Shown: positions 32,879 through 33,289 of the stretch, piece after piece
How the letters are laid out: each line of letters begins with the position of its first letter
Numbering within the stretch: position 1 is the stretch's first letter
Source of the DNA: Candidatus Krumholzibacteriota bacterium
GTDB taxonomy: Bacteria > Krumholzibacteriota > Krumholzibacteriia > Krumholzibacteriales > Krumholzibacteriaceae
Assembly: GCA_030613345.1 (NCBI GenBank)
Contig: JAUWMD010000002.1
Span: forward strand, 1 to 33,289
Direction: 5' to 3'
Length of the DNA stretch: 33,289 nucleotides
Translations under genes and position numbers: made by a program
The notes under the pieces: model-generated
Told to the model about the DNA's origin: nothing
The model's database searches: none
What the model saw: the letters and a program-made list of their open reading frames with translations, nothing else

Positions 32879-33289
32879 ATGAAAACGGTTATCATCGGTC
32901 TGGGTAATACCGTCCTGAGCGACGACGGCGCCGGGGTGTATGTCGCGCGCATGTTATCCGGGAGGTTCGGAGACGACGTAACCGTTATCGAGACGGAAAG
33001 CGCAGGGATGAACCTGATGGAGATGCTCGGAGGCTTCGACAGGGCTGTTCTGGTCGACGCGATCCTTCTCGACGGCGAGGAGGCGGGTACGGTATTCCGG
33101 CTGCGTGCAGACGACCTGAAGATCACCCCCAGACTGTCTTCATGCCACGACATCGATTTAGTCACCGCCCTCGAGCTGGGAAGGCAGCTCGGAATGCATA
33201 TGCCCGGCGAGGTGACGATATTCGCCATACAGGGAGAAGACATGCTCACTCTCTACGAGGGCTGTACCCGGAAGGTGGAAGAGTCGCTT
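32879..33289 (+). CDS. Hydrogenase maturation endopeptidase (HycI/HybD/FrhD family), 3' partial; not present in the supplied ORF track
   Basis: My own translation from the ATG at 32879 (GGGAG 7 nt upstream) gives MKTVIIGLGNTVLSDDGAGVYVARML...AVLVDAILLDGEEAGTVFRL...SSCHDIDLVTALELGR... It is open for 137 codons to the window edge. GLGN..(L)SDDG.G and the downstream D...H are the family metal-ligand signatures. Confidence 0.85.
   Translation, partial: MKTVIIGLGNTVLSDDGAGVYVARMLSGRFGDDVTVIETESAGMNLMEMLGGFDRAVLVDAILLDGEEAGTVFRLRADDLKITPRLSSCHDIDLVTALELGRQLGMHMPGEVTIFAIQGEDMLTLYEGCTRKVEESL

Noticed and set aside
32569-33249. 226-aa minus-strand ORF at the right edge, the only tracked ORF covering 32.9-33.2 kb
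   Set aside because: The plus-strand frame from the ATG at 32879 encodes a clear hydrogenase maturation protease (GLGNTVLSDDGAGV...). That frame is missing from the track only because it has no stop inside the window. The minus-strand product is Ser/Pro-rich with no motifs.
1-33289. CRISPR arrays, tRNA/rRNA genes, insertion sequences, integrases, toxin-antitoxin or known defence-system genes
   Set aside because: I scanned the intergenic gaps (none longer than 262 bp) and the ORF products. No regularly spaced repeats, cloverleaf-like segments or mobile/defence protein motifs were seen.

Overview
This is a high-GC, tightly packed bacterial chromosomal segment, probably from an uncultivated anaerobe. 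The GWxTD, TPR and FG-GAP-like envelope proteins hint at the FCB-type candidate phyla, but that is only an inference. I found no rRNA, tRNA, CRISPR array, transposase, integrase or phage genes.

The left two thirds (1-19.6 kb) carry housekeeping and envelope genes:
- a membrane pyrophosphatase (5' partial);
- a ychF-archease-rtcB operon;
- a beta-propeller/transglutaminase-like protein divergent from gamma-glutamyltranspeptidase;
- FG-GAP-like and TonB-like proteins;
- a CDP-alcohol phosphatidyltransferase and a nitroreductase;
- a GWxTD/TPR lipoprotein;
- an HD-GYP protein;
- a CheY-like receiver, a HAMP-only membrane protein and a DUF116 protein;
- an EamA transporter and a TPR lipoprotein.

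The right third (19.7-33.3 kb) is one long co-directional redox locus behind a near-consensus sigma70-type promoter. Its gene order is:
- hdrC-hdrB-hdrA (complete set 1);
- hdrC-hdrB (set 2);
- an hdrA N-terminal half;
- a nuoE/hydC-like gene;
- a nuoF/hydB-like gene;
- a fusion of a NuoG/HydA-type Fe-S N-terminus with the missing hdrA C-terminal half;
- mvhD-mvhG-mvhA (group 3c-type [NiFe] hydrogenase);
- a hydrogenase maturation protease that is missing from the ORF track and runs off the 3' end.

The most interesting observation is the second hdrA. It is split exactly inside its inserted-ferredoxin domain by an FMN/NADH module and looks intact rather than decayed. This suggests an Hdr-Mvh type flavin-based electron-bifurcating complex hard-wired to NAD(H). 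All functional calls come from motif recognition and hand alignment only; no searches were run.
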